Sequence record: DRR723986_597
Direction: 5' to 3' (one strand)
DNA: 62,234 bases
Shown here in pieces: positions 27,978 through 37,829 of this stretch (positions are counted from its first letter, which is position 1; each line of letters begins with the position of its first letter). Below the pieces are notes generated by a model. That model searched no databases. It was not told the DNA's origin and worked only from the letters and a program-made list of their open reading frames with translations. The position numbers and the translations under genes were made by a program.

Positions 27978-29114
27978 ATGACTGTTGTGACCGATGTTGC
28001 CGACATGCAGGCCCTGGCCCGGCGCCGGGTACCGAAGATGTTTTACGACTATGCGGATACCGGTTCCTGGACGCAGAGCACCTACCGCGAGAACGAAGCG
28101 GCGCTGCAGCGCCAGAAGCTGCGCCAGCGCGTGGCCTGCAACATAGACAACCGCTCGGTCAAGACCACCATGATCGGCCAGGACGTAACGATGCCGGTTG
28201 CCCTTGCCCCTGTCGGCCTGACCGGGATGCAGCGCGCCGACGGTGAAATTCTCGCGGCCCAGGCCGCAGAAGAATTCGGTGTCCCTTTCACCCTGTCCAC
28301 CATGAGCGTCTGCTCGATCGAGGATGTCGCCGAGAACACCAAGAACCCGTTCTGGTTCCAGCTCTATGTCATGCGCGACAGGGGCTTTTCGGAAAACCTG
28401 ATGCAGCGTGCAACGGCTGCCGGCTGTTCGGCACTCGTTCTGACGCTTGATCTTCAGGTTCTGGGCCAGCGGCACAAGGATCTGAAAAACGGCCTGTCCA
28501 CGCCGCCGAAGCCCAAACCGCACGTTCTGCTGGATCTTGCGTTCAAGCCGCGCTGGTGCTGGCACATGCTGCAGACCAAGCGGCGCCAGTTCGGCAACAT
28601 CCATGGCCACGTGTCCGGTGTTGGCGACATGACCTCGCTTGCCGAATGGACCAACAGCCAGTTCGACCCGACCCTCGACTGGTCCTCGGTGGAATGGGTG
28701 AAGTCCCACTGGAAGCGCAAACTCATTCTCAAGGGCATCAACGATGTGGAGGATGCGAAGATCGCGGCGGACGTTGGGGCCGATGCGATCGTCGTCTCCA
28801 ACCATGGCGGCCGTCAGCTTGACGGAGCTCTTGCGTCCTATGAGGTGCTTCAGGACATCGTCGATGCGGTCGGCGACAAGATCGAAGTGCATTTCGACAG
28901 CGGCATCCGGTCCGGCCAGGATGTCTTCAAGGCCGTCGCAATGGGAGCCAAGAGCACCTACATCGGCCGCGCCTTCATCTATGGTCTCGGCGCCATGGGC
29001 AAGGAAGGGGTCTCGAAGGTGCTGCAAATGATGCACAAGGAACTGGACGTCACCATGGGCCTTTGCGGCGAAACCGACATCAAAAAGGTCGGCCGCCACA
29101 ACCTGGTGCTCTGA
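27978..29114 (+). CDS. lldD: FMN-dependent alpha-hydroxy-acid dehydrogenase (L-lactate dehydrogenase-like)
   Basis: FWFQLYVMRDR, LILKGI, VSNHGGRQLDG, DSGIRSGQD; AGGAGG SD. Confidence 0.88.
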   Translation: MTVVTDVADMQALARRRVPKMFYDYADTGSWTQSTYRENEAALQRQKLRQRVACNIDNRSVKTTMIGQDVTMPVALAPVGLTGMQRADGEILAAQAAEEFGVPFTLSTMSVCSIEDVAENTKNPFWFQLYVMRDRGFSENLMQRATAAGCSALVLTLDLQVLGQRHKDLKNGLSTPPKPKPHVLLDLAFKPRWCWHMLQTKRRQFGNIHGHVSGVGDMTSLAEWTNSQFDPTLDWSSVEWVKSHWKRKLILKGINDVEDAKIAADVGADAIVVSNHGGRQLDGALASYEVLQDIVDAVGDKIEVHFDSGIRSGQDVFKAVAMGAKSTYIGRAFIYGLGAMGKEGVSKVLQMMHKELDVTMGLCGETDIKKVGRHNLVL

Positions 29115-29118
29115 CGGG

Positions 29119-29919
29119 TCACCGATCCGGGCGCGCGAACTTGGAGGGACTGACCCCGAGGCGCGTCCGGAAACTCGCCGTCATGTGGCTTTGCGAGGAA
29201 AAGCCCGACCTGAGAGCGATTTCCGAAAGCGGCTTGCCGGTGGAAACGATGAGCGCCCGGGCGCGCTGCAGCCGTCGGCTGACGATATAGTCGTAGGGCG
29301 ACTGCCCACAGTAAGCTGAGAAGGCACGGCTCAGGAAACTGGCCGAAACGCCGATTTCCTGCGCCAGAACGGCAACGGACAGATTTGACCCGAGATCGGC
29401 CTCGATCCTGTCCGCCACTTTCCGAAACCGGTTGCCTGTCATCCATCTGGCAGCCTTGCCAGGGCGCTGCGGCTTCAGCCCCGCCTCTGCAAGTGCGTTG
29501 ATGCATGCTTCGGTTTCCAGATGATCCGGAGGCGTATCCGACAACATCCACTTGCGCAGTCTGCCTGCGGCCATGGAAGCAGACTTCGACAGGATGTTGG
29601 TGCGGTAACCCCCTTCCGTCAGACGGATTTCGCGACCGCTGACCAGAAGATATTCACCGCCCATTTCTGACCGGGATCGGATGTCGCAACCGCTGGGTGT
29701 CAAAGCCAGCGTGTTGGGCAAGCGAACGAAATCTTCCCGCCTGTCCGAAGCGATGGCATGGCTGCCCGATTGATAGTCAAACGCAAAGCCGATGGTTCCC
29801 GTCTCTGCTACGAAACCGACATCGTAACCGGCGGCCGGCAAAAGGCGGAGCCCATATCCGGCCATCTCCCGATGGATGGGCACAGATCCAGGCTGGGTAT
29901 GAACAGTGTCCGTTTGCAT
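29119..29919 (-). CDS. AraC-family regulator
   Basis: C-terminal double HTH (LA..IGVS...LSRAF...GQSP..Y; IA..SGFSSQSH.T..F); start at ATG 29919. Confidence 0.88.
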   Translation of the reverse strand: MQTDTVHTQPGSVPIHREMAGYGLRLLPAAGYDVGFVAETGTIGFAFDYQSGSHAIASDRREDFVRLPNTLALTPSGCDIRSRSEMGGEYLLVSGREIRLTEGGYRTNILSKSASMAAGRLRKWMLSDTPPDHLETEACINALAEAGLKPQRPGKAARWMTGNRFRKVADRIEADLGSNLSVAVLAQEIGVSASFLSRAFSAYCGQSPYDYIVSRRLQRARALIVSTGKPLSEIALRSGFSSQSHMTASFRTRLGVSPSKFARPDR

Positions 29920-30048
29920 GGCGCGCAAACCTGACGCAGGAACAGGGGCCGCGCAAGTCCGAATAGGTTCAGGATCCTGAAAGACAGTGCGGACCACGCG
30001 GATATACTCGCGGCCGACCAACACCAGAAACCGGACCTGACCACGCCC

Positions 30049-31026
30049 ATGACCGCTCTCTTCACCCTGGACGACCTTGAAGCCGCTTTTCCGATCGTGC
30101 GCCAGCTTGTGCCGGAAACGCCAAGCTATGCCTGGCCACTCCTGAAGGAGCGATTCGGCCTGGAAATCGCGGTCAAACACGAGAACCACACCCCGATCGG
30201 CGCCTTCAAGGCGCGCAGCTCCATCGTCTACATCCAGAAACATATCGAAGAACACGGCCGCCCCAGCGGCGTCGTTACGGCCACCCGCGGAAACCACGGC
30301 CAGTCCATGGCGCTGGCCGCCCGAACGCTTGGCCTGCCCGCCACCATCGTGGTGCCGGAAGGAAATGCGGAGGGCAAGAACCGGGCGATGAAGGCCTTTG
30401 GTGCTGATCTCGTGATCGACGGTCGCGACTTCGACATTTCCCGGCGCACTGCCGAGCGGCTGTCCCGTGAAAGCGGTTTCCTGATGGTGCCGAGCTTTCA
30501 CAGGAACATCGTCCTTGGCGTTGCGACCTACGCGCTGGAATTTTTCAGGGCGCATGACGATCTCGACGTGGTCTATGTCCCCGTTGGCATGGGCTCCGGC
30601 GCCTGCGGACTGATCACCGTGCGCGACCTTCTGGGGCTTAAAACCGAGATCGTGCCTGTCGTCACGGAAAACGCCCCCGCCTACCGCCTGTCCGTCGAAG
30701 CGGGAAAAGTCGTGACCACGGAAACCGCAGCCACTTTCGCCGACGGCATGGCCTGCCGGGAGCCGGTACAAGCGGCGCTTGATATCCTGCAGACCGGCTC
30801 CAACCGGATCGCAACGGTTACGGATGACGAGATCGCTGCCGCCATCCGCGTCCTGTTTGCAGATACGCATAATCTTGCCGAAGGTGCTGGTGCTGCCGCC
30901 CTCGCCGCATTGATGCAGGATGCGCCGAAGCTTCAAGGCAGGAAGGCCGGTATCATTCTGTCAGGAGGCAACCTGGACGAAACGGCAATGCAGACAGTTC
31001 TGACCGGTGGAACACCGGTGGTCTGA
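30049..31026 (+). CDS. PLP-dependent threonine/serine dehydratase-family enzyme, no ACT domain
   Basis: KHEN..P.GAFK.R, ATRGNHG, VPVGMGSG, EGAGAA.LA, LSGGN. Confidence 0.9.
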   Translation: MTALFTLDDLEAAFPIVRQLVPETPSYAWPLLKERFGLEIAVKHENHTPIGAFKARSSIVYIQKHIEEHGRPSGVVTATRGNHGQSMALAARTLGLPATIVVPEGNAEGKNRAMKAFGADLVIDGRDFDISRRTAERLSRESGFLMVPSFHRNIVLGVATYALEFFRAHDDLDVVYVPVGMGSGACGLITVRDLLGLKTEIVPVVTENAPAYRLSVEAGKVVTTETAATFADGMACREPVQAALDILQTGSNRIATVTDDEIAAAIRVLFADTHNLAEGAGAAALAALMQDAPKLQGRKAGIILSGGNLDETAMQTVLTGGTPVV

Positions 31027-31082
31027 ATACCGGGATGATAATACCCCGGGACACAACCCCGGAACCAGAAGTGCGATAAGTC

Positions 31083-31781
31083 TCAAAGCAACGACAGCCA
31101 GGCCTTTGCAATTGCCGCGCCGGTCTCGTCGGCCTTTGCTGCATGGCGGGACGCTTCGGTGTCGAAACGGCTGTGCCAGTCCGGCGTATGCGCGCGAATG
31201 TCGTCACTGAAGGCTTCGCTCCAATTGCGTACTTCCGGCAGGCCGGTTTCGAAATGGAACTGGATTGCGTAGGTCAAATCGCCCATGCGGAAGGCCTGGA
31301 CCGGTGTCATGGCGCTGCTCGCCAGAAGCACCGCCCCGTCCGGCAGCGTTACGGTGTCGGAATGCCAGTGGAACTGAGGAGCACCGGCCCCGAGCTTGCC
31401 GACAACGGGGTCTTCCAGCCCTGCGTCGGTCGGTGTCACGTCGCGCCAGCCGAATTCAACCGGCAAGCCCAGAAGGTTCTCTCCACCAAAGGCGCGGGCG
31501 ATCAGCTGCGAGCCCAGACAAATGCCGAGCACGGGCTTGCCGGCATCGTCAAAGGCACGGATCAGGTCGCAGACCTTCGGCAGATGCGGATAGGCTTCGT
31601 CCGCCAGCGCATCCTGGGCTCCGCCCAACACGACCAAGCCGGCAAACGCATCGGTGGCTTGGGGTAGCGGCTCGCCTTCAAATGCCTTGACGGTGTGCCA
31701 GCTGTGACCTTCCTGCGTAGCGACACGACCGAGAATGCCAAGTTCCGTATGCTGATAGTTCTCAACGACGAGAAAATGCAT
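31083..31781 (-). CDS. Class I glutamine amidotransferase-like protein
   Basis: GLVVLGG, LGICLG.QL.A, WH.D, QFHFE. Confidence 0.88.
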   Translation of the reverse strand: MHFLVVENYQHTELGILGRVATQEGHSWHTVKAFEGEPLPQATDAFAGLVVLGGAQDALADEAYPHLPKVCDLIRAFDDAGKPVLGICLGSQLIARAFGGENLLGLPVEFGWRDVTPTDAGLEDPVVGKLGAGAPQFHWHSDTVTLPDGAVLLASSAMTPVQAFRMGDLTYAIQFHFETGLPEVRNWSEAFSDDIRAHTPDWHSRFDTEASRHAAKADETGAAIAKAWLSLL

Positions 31782-31937
31782 GTTGTCTTCTAACCTGCTC
31801 ACGCGCCTTACCGCTTCAATTCCGGCAGGACTTTATCCATGCGCAACCTTGATGAAAACATCAAAAACAATCATTTGCATTGAAGTGTCCTGACCGCCAA
31901 TCTTAGGAACAACATCCCCATAAAGATCGGTTCATTC

Positions 31938-32855
31938 ATGAGCGTTGCATCCCCCAGCCTCCGGCCCGGCTCTGCCGGTTTCAGTGCAACCGACTATGGT
32001 CTTTACGCGGCGACGGTTCTTGCTTGGGGCTTCAGCTGGATTGCGATGAAGGGCCAGGTGGCAACGGTCGCGCCTGAAGTGTCTGTGTTCTGGCGCTTTG
32101 TGCTGGCAGCTTCGATCATGATGGCGTGGGCACGCTTTCGCGGACACCATCTTGCCTTCGGCCTTCAGGATCACCTGCGGTTTGCCGGACTTGGCGTGTT
32201 TCTGTTTTCCACCAACTTCACGCTGTTCTACTACGGCGCGGCCATTTTGCCGTCCGGTTTGCTGGCGGTGATCTTCTCGACCGCCTCGATCTTCAACCTG
32301 TTTCTGGGACTGATCCTGTTCGGCCAACGGCCAAGCCCGATCGCTCTCGGTGCCGGGCTGCTCGGCTTTCTGGGTATCGGCCTGATGTTCTGGCCGAAGC
32401 TGGCCGGGGCAGAGTTCAACGACGAAGCTGCCATTGGCCTCGCCATGTGTGTCGGCGGCACGTTGTCCTTCTGCCTTGGCAACATGCTGTCGGCTGACAC
32501 CCAGCGGCGCGGCATCGGTGTTACACCGGCCACTGCCTGGGGCATGGTCTACGGCATGCTTTTCCTGGGGGTGTTCTCGGCCCTGCGCGGCCAGAGTTTT
32601 TCCGTCGAATGGTCCGTGAACTATTTCGGAAGCCTGATCTATCTGGCGGTTGTCGCCTCGGTCATCGCCTTTGCTTCCTACCTGACCCTGCTCGGCCGCA
32701 TCGGCTCGGCGCGGGCAGGCTATGCCACCGTGATGTTCCCGGTGGTCGCTCTCACTCTGTCGACCATTTTCGAAGGCTATCAGTGGACGCCAGTGGCCGC
32801 CGCCGGTCTGGCCTGTGTCATCGGTGGCAACCTGATGATGCTGCGCGCCCGATAG
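31938..32855 (+). CDS. DMT/EamA-family transporter
   Basis: WG.SW.AMK, SG..AV.FS, YLA..ASV.AF..YL.L..RIG..RAGY. Confidence 0.92.
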   Translation: MSVASPSLRPGSAGFSATDYGLYAATVLAWGFSWIAMKGQVATVAPEVSVFWRFVLAASIMMAWARFRGHHLAFGLQDHLRFAGLGVFLFSTNFTLFYYGAAILPSGLLAVIFSTASIFNLFLGLILFGQRPSPIALGAGLLGFLGIGLMFWPKLAGAEFNDEAAIGLAMCVGGTLSFCLGNMLSADTQRRGIGVTPATAWGMVYGMLFLGVFSALRGQSFSVEWSVNYFGSLIYLAVVASVIAFASYLTLLGRIGSARAGYATVMFPVVALTLSTIFEGYQWTPVAAAGLACVIGGNLMMLRAR

Positions 32856-32894
32856 GTCCATCCGTGACATGAGAAGAAACCGGACGGCGGAGGT

Positions 32895-33785
32895 TTATTC
32901 CGCCGCCAGTTGCGTTGTGCCGCTGCCAACGTTGCCGATGGCTGCCACCAGGTGATTGCACAACGTATCGTGCATGGTTTCGCGTGCCGTGTCCGAGCGC
33001 AGCAGGGCGATGTCGCAATAGGGCAGCGTCGGAAAGCCGTCCTTCTCGTCCAGAATACGCATGCCGTCTCGAATCGCGCTTTCAGGAAACACCGTCACGG
33101 CAAGTCCGGCCTGAACCGCACCGACGAGAGCTGCCGCGCTGGAGCTTGTGTAGGAGACCCGGTAAGGGCGTCCCGCCCGGTCGAGCGCATCCATCGAAAT
33201 CCGGCGCCAACCACAGGTGACCGGTCCGAGTGCCAACCGGACAACGTCCTGTGTGTGGGCGCAATGTTGGTTAGACGTAACCCAGTAGAGCGGCTCACGG
33301 CGAATGATTTCACCGCGCAGGTCCATCGTATCCTGGGAGGTCGTGATGGCGACGTCGAGCGTTCCTTCCCGGATCGCATCCGTCAGCCGGGCACTGGAGA
33401 GGCATTCCACCTGCACTTCAATGGAAGGATTGAGCCGGTTGAAGGCCGCCAGCACCTGTGGCAGCAGCCGGTCGGCATAATCGTCCGGCACGCCCAGCTT
33501 CACATGGCCGACTTCCTTCTGGCCATTGAAGGCAGACAGGGTCTCGTCGTTCAACATGATCATTCGGCGGGCGAACTCGACCAGCCGCAGGCCGTTTTCC
33601 GTCAGCCGGGACTGGCGCCCGTCCTTGATGAAGATCGGCTGACCAACACGCTCTTCCAGCCGCCGCATCTGCATGGAGACTGCCGACTGCGTCTTGTGCA
33701 CAGCCTCACCAGCCTTGGTGAAGCTTCCCAACTCCGCGATCGCCAAAAACGTTCGAAGTTGGTCGATGTCCAGTGCGTGATGCAT
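32895..33785 (-). CDS. LysR-family regulator (LrhA/HexA-like), paralog 1
   Basis: LDIDQLRTF, VHKTQSAVSMQMRRLEE, LG.PDDYA. Confidence 0.93.
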   Translation of the reverse strand: MHHALDIDQLRTFLAIAELGSFTKAGEAVHKTQSAVSMQMRRLEERVGQPIFIKDGRQSRLTENGLRLVEFARRMIMLNDETLSAFNGQKEVGHVKLGVPDDYADRLLPQVLAAFNRLNPSIEVQVECLSSARLTDAIREGTLDVAITTSQDTMDLRGEIIRREPLYWVTSNQHCAHTQDVVRLALGPVTCGWRRISMDALDRAGRPYRVSYTSSSAAALVGAVQAGLAVTVFPESAIRDGMRILDEKDGFPTLPYCDIALLRSDTARETMHDTLCNHLVAAIGNVGSGTTQLAAE

Positions 33786-33956
33786 GCAAGGACCCTATGA
33801 AATGAGCCACATACCGGTGGTGAAATTTGAGATTCGAATTGATTTACTAAAGATACATCACAACTTCTTACACTTCAATCGATATTTGGCCAGCAGGACA
33901 AAACAATACTCTAGGTAAGATTTTGAAATCGTTCCGGGAATTCCGTTCTCCTGCAA

Positions 33957-34832
33957 CTATTCGGCCGCTAGCGGAACCGAAAGGTTGTCGAGCGATGAAA
34001 CAATGTGCTCGACCAGGGCATCCGTGACCCGGGAGTTGTTATGCCAGGACCGCATGATACCGATTTCGCAATCGGGCAATTTAGGGAAACCCTCGGCTTC
34101 CGTCAGGACCCGCATGCCGGACCGAAGCGCAGATTCCGGCAGAACGGAAATGGCAAGCCCGGCCAGGACGGCAGCGCCGACTGCCGTAGAGTTCCAGCTT
34201 GAATAAAGCAGGCGATGTTCGCGCATCTGGTCGCTGAGCGCATTGATCGCAGCCCGGCGCCAGTCGCAGGTAGCGCGCCCCAGCGCCAGAGGCAGGGGGG
34301 ACTCGTTTTCCACTGCGTGGCGGGCCGAGACAACCCAGAGCAAAGGTTCACGCCGTACCAGATCAACGTTCTTGCGACCACGCTTCTGTACGTGGGTGAT
34401 GATGGCGACATCCAGCTCACCCTCGGCGATCATGTCGGCCAGATTGGGTGTCGGCGCGCAGACGACGCTGACCTCCGCCTTGGGGTTGGACCTGGAAAAG
34501 CGCGCCAGAATTTCCGGCAGAAACCGATCTGCGTAGTCGTCCGGTGTGCCCAGACGCACGAGCCCGGCAAGTTCCGTGTCATCGAAAGCGGCAAGCGTCT
34601 CGTCGTTCAATTGCACGAGCCGGCGTGCATAGTGAAGCAGACGCTCGCCATGTTCGGTCAGGCGGGACTGCCGGCCAACCCGGACAAAGAGCGGTTTGCC
34701 GATCCGCTCCTCCAGACGGCGCATCTGCATCGACACCGCCGACTGTGTCTTGTGCACATTGTCCGCCGCCTTGGTGAAGCTGCCGCTTTCGGCAATGGCC
34801 ACAAAGGTTCGGAGCTGATCCAGGTCGAGCAT
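33957..34832 (-). CDS. LysR-family regulator (LrhA/HexA-like), paralog 2
   Basis: LDLDQLRTF, VHKTQSAVSMQMRRLEE, LGTPDDYA. Confidence 0.93.
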   Translation of the reverse strand: MLDLDQLRTFVAIAESGSFTKAADNVHKTQSAVSMQMRRLEERIGKPLFVRVGRQSRLTEHGERLLHYARRLVQLNDETLAAFDDTELAGLVRLGTPDDYADRFLPEILARFSRSNPKAEVSVVCAPTPNLADMIAEGELDVAIITHVQKRGRKNVDLVRREPLLWVVSARHAVENESPLPLALGRATCDWRRAAINALSDQMREHRLLYSSWNSTAVGAAVLAGLAISVLPESALRSGMRVLTEAEGFPKLPDCEIGIMRSWHNNSRVTDALVEHIVSSLDNLSVPLAAE

Positions 34833-35095
34833 GAGCGCCTCACTGATAAAGGATGCTCATGTTTAACATGGCATCCATTTAAAGGGGAAATGATTTCGCG
34901 AAGCGGCCGCATTGCTTCTATCGAAGCGCTTTGGGGATTTTGACTTCACAGAAAGTGATAATTTCAATCACAAACATTCGTTGGATTAATGGCAGCAAAC
35001 AGTCCACATAGGAGATGTTCCACAACAAGCGACGCCAAATCAGGCTCGGAACAGGCAGTCGGAATCCCTCCGTCCGCCAACAGGAGAATTTTGCC

Positions 35096-35410
35096 ATGAC
35101 ACATACAGCAAGCACCCCGTTCTTCGCTCTCTTCGGGCAGATGGTTGCCCGTGTATGGCGTGTGTCCAAAAACCGTCGTCAGTTCGCGGAACTGAATGAC
35201 TGGTCCGACGAGCAGTTGAAGGACATCGGCCTGACGCGGAGCGACGTTCGACGCGCATTGGCCCAACCGTTCTATACCGATCCGACATCCCTGGTGAACG
35301 GATCTTCAGCGCTCCGCGAGACCATCGGCTATAGCGCCGCCAATTCGGCGCAGGACAAGCCGGTGATGACACTCGTGACCGAAAGCAAGACCCGCCAGCT
35401 GGCGGCCTGA
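35096..35410 (+). CDS. DUF1127 (YjiS-like) small protein
   Basis: RR...EL..WSD.QLKDIGLTR.DV; AGGAG SD. Confidence 0.88.
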   Translation: MTHTASTPFFALFGQMVARVWRVSKNRRQFAELNDWSDEQLKDIGLTRSDVRRALAQPFYTDPTSLVNGSSALRETIGYSAANSAQDKPVMTLVTESKTRQLAA

Positions 35411-35469
35411 CCTTTCGGCTGACCTCCCCTCATTTGCAGCCCCTGTCGGCAAGCCTTGCTGACGAACCT

Positions 35470-35497
35470 GACCCGCCTCACCGGCGGGTCTTTTTTT
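35470..35497 (+). terminator. Intrinsic terminator
   Basis: GACCCGCC-tcacc-GGCGGGTC-TTTTTTT. Confidence 0.85.
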
Positions 35498-35535
35498 GCA
35501 AAAAGCGTTAAGGGCGGCCCAAGCCTGAAGACGTC

Positions 35536-36327
35536 TCAAACGTCGCGGAAATCCTTGGCGGCCTTTTCGAAGAAACTGTCGAAAGCCTTGAACTGGTTGG
35601 ACTGGAAATCACGGCCGGCGGACATCCAGCTCGACACCATTTCCTCAAATTCGGACGCATTGCCCTCAGGGCCTTCCGGCTCGTCGTCCGGGGGCAATTC
35701 TTCTTCCTGCGGCTCGGGCTCAGGCTCTGGCGAGGCGGATTTCGTAACGATGCTGGCCGGTTGCAGGAATGCGCCCCAGAAGGATTGCATCGCCTCGGCA
35801 TAGCCTTGCAGGTAGTCGACCGGGGTCGGCTGCGGTTTCGGCCGGCCTCTGGCAAAGCCGCGCAGATAGGCGTCAAGCAGGTTACGAGCTTCACCGTGGA
35901 CAAAGGGCCTGGCAATCTGCCCCATGGCAAGCGTCGCCGCCACGGGCATCATTTCCTGGATGGCATCGCGCTGAAGGCCTGTGAGGCCGGAAATCTGGCT
36001 GGCAAGCGCCTTTTGAACAGCTTCAGGTCCGAAAAAGGGTGTCAGGGCCGCATCGGACGGACTCTGGAACAGACCTGCGTAGCCGGCAAAGGGGTTTTGC
36101 GCGACTGCGCCAAGAGGCGACGTCTGCCCGAGGAACTCCGAAAAGCCCGGCACCGTGCTGCCGAAGTAGCGGAAACCGTTGAGCGCGGCAGGCAGGAGCT
36201 GCTCCATCACCCGGCTAAGGTCTTCATTCGACCAGCCGAAGCGGTTGCGCACATCTTCCGACAAGGAAAAGATGTCGAAGGGAGGAGCTCCCGTCTCGCT
36301 GCCAGTCATTTGCGTCGCTCCGCTCAC
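35536..36327 (-). CDS. Hypothetical protein, DUF937-like
   Basis: RFG.S........QLLPA...GF; FFG...V..A.A.Q....TGL....I.EM.PV.A; acidic Pro-rich linker; start 36327 or 36309. Confidence 0.65.
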   Translation of the reverse strand: MSGATQMTGSETGAPPFDIFSLSEDVRNRFGWSNEDLSRVMEQLLPAALNGFRYFGSTVPGFSEFLGQTSPLGAVAQNPFAGYAGLFQSPSDAALTPFFGPEAVQKALASQISGLTGLQRDAIQEMMPVAATLAMGQIARPFVHGEARNLLDAYLRGFARGRPKPQPTPVDYLQGYAEAMQSFWGAFLQPASIVTKSASPEPEPEPQEEELPPDDEPEGPEGNASEFEEMVSSWMSAGRDFQSNQFKAFDSFFEKAAKDFRDV

Positions 36328-36455
36328 GCTGTTGCAAGGCCTTGAGAAAAAAGACCGATCACAGACAGAGTGACGCTTCGCGGGCCTCAGGTCAATTCAG
36401 GCCTTTTGCGGACAGCGCCGGTCGCCCACAACTTGATGCTGCGGGCGGAGCTTCT

Positions 36456-37829
36456 TCAGTAGGCGTAGTCGCGGAAGACCTGGCTGATATCGCCCTTCCA
36501 GGAACCGTTATAGCGCTGCAGCAGAACGTCTGCCGGGCACATGCCGGAGGCGAGGCCTTCCTCGATCGGAGCCAGATGCACGCGCTCGTCCAGATCGCCA
36601 TCGCTGAGGCGATTGCGACGCTTGAGACCTTCCTGGGACAGGGCAAGCACCTGTTTGGCGACATCCAGAACGGTGCCTGAGCGGAAAGGTGTCTGCAGGG
36701 CGGTTTTGGGAACGCCTGCACGAAGAGCCGCGCGTTCTTCCTGGGTCCAGTCCTTGACCAGTTCCCAGGCCTGATCGAGCACGCCCTTGTCGTAAAGCAG
36801 GCCGACCCAGAGTGCCGGCAGAGCGCAGATGCGCCGCCACGGGCCACCGTCTGCGCCGCGCATCTCGATGTATTTCTTCAGACGGACATCGGGGAAAAGC
36901 GTGGACAGGTGGTTGTTCCAGTCACCGATATTTGGCGTTGCATCCGGAACCTTGCCTTCCAGCGCGCCATTCATGAACTGGCGGAAAGTGGTGCCCGTAA
37001 CGTCGTAGTAGGTCGAGCCGCGCTTGACGAAATACATCGGCACATCAATTGCCCATTCCACATAACGCTCGAAGCCGAAGCCTTCCTCGAAAGCGAAGGG
37101 CATGTCGCCGGTGCGGTCGTGATCGGTGTCGGTCCAGATCTGGGCGCGGAAGGACTTGAAGCCGTTCGGCTTGCCATCCGTGAAGGGCGAATTGGCGAAA
37201 ATGGCGGTCGCGATCGGCTGCAGAGCCAGGCCGACGCGCATCTTGAGGGCCATATCGGCTTCGGACGAGAAATCGAGGTTCACCTGGATGGTTGAGGTCC
37301 GGTACATCATGTCGAGACCAAGCGAGCCGACCTTCGGCATATAGTTGGTCATGATGTCATAGCGGGATTTGGGCATACGCGGCATGTCGGCACGCGACCA
37401 TGTCGGGGTCATGCCGATGCCAAGGAAGCCGATACCGAGCGGTTCGGCCACGCGGCGCACATCGGCAAGGTGCTGGTTGGCTTCGCGGCAGGTCAGGTGC
37501 AGGTTGTCGAGCGGCGCGCCAGAAAGTTCGAACTGACCGCCCGGCTCGATGGAAATCGCGCCGCCGCCGCGGTCGTCGGCCAGACCGATGATCTTGCCGG
37601 CGTCCTCGATCCGCTCCCAGTTGATCAGCTTTTCCATGCCGGTCAGGATGGCCTCGACGCCCTTTTCACCGCCATAGGGAATTGGCGTCAGTTCGTTCAG
37701 GCAGAAGCCGAATTTTTCGTGCTCGGTGCCGATGAGAAACTTCTCTTCCGGCTTACAGCCCTCCTCGAGCGTCGCGGCAAGATCCGCAACCGTTTCAATC
37801 GGGGTGGAGTCGACCGTATCGCGGGCCAT
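36456..37829 (-). CDS. gshA: Glutamate--cysteine ligase (plant/alphaproteobacterial type)
   Basis: MARD, IGTEHEKF, SIEPGGQFELSGAP, MPK.RY.IM, QVNLDFSSE, EMRGADGG. Confidence 0.95.
   Translation of the reverse strand: MARDTVDSTPIETVADLAATLEEGCKPEEKFLIGTEHEKFGFCLNELTPIPYGGEKGVEAILTGMEKLINWERIEDAGKIIGLADDRGGGAISIEPGGQFELSGAPLDNLHLTCREANQHLADVRRVAEPLGIGFLGIGMTPTWSRADMPRMPKSRYDIMTNYMPKVGSLGLDMMYRTSTIQVNLDFSSEADMALKMRVGLALQPIATAIFANSPFTDGKPNGFKSFRAQIWTDTDHDRTGDMPFAFEEGFGFERYVEWAIDVPMYFVKRGSTYYDVTGTTFRQFMNGALEGKVPDATPNIGDWNNHLSTLFPDVRLKKYIEMRGADGGPWRRICALPALWVGLLYDKGVLDQAWELVKDWTQEERAALRAGVPKTALQTPFRSGTVLDVAKQVLALSQEGLKRRNRLSDGDLDERVHLAPIEEGLASGMCPADVLLQRYNGSWKGDISQVFRDYAY

Noticed and set aside
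29119-30936. 605-aa ORF suggesting a large AraC fusion
   Set aside because: The upstream part is the antisense shadow of the dehydratase; AraC plausibly starts at 29919
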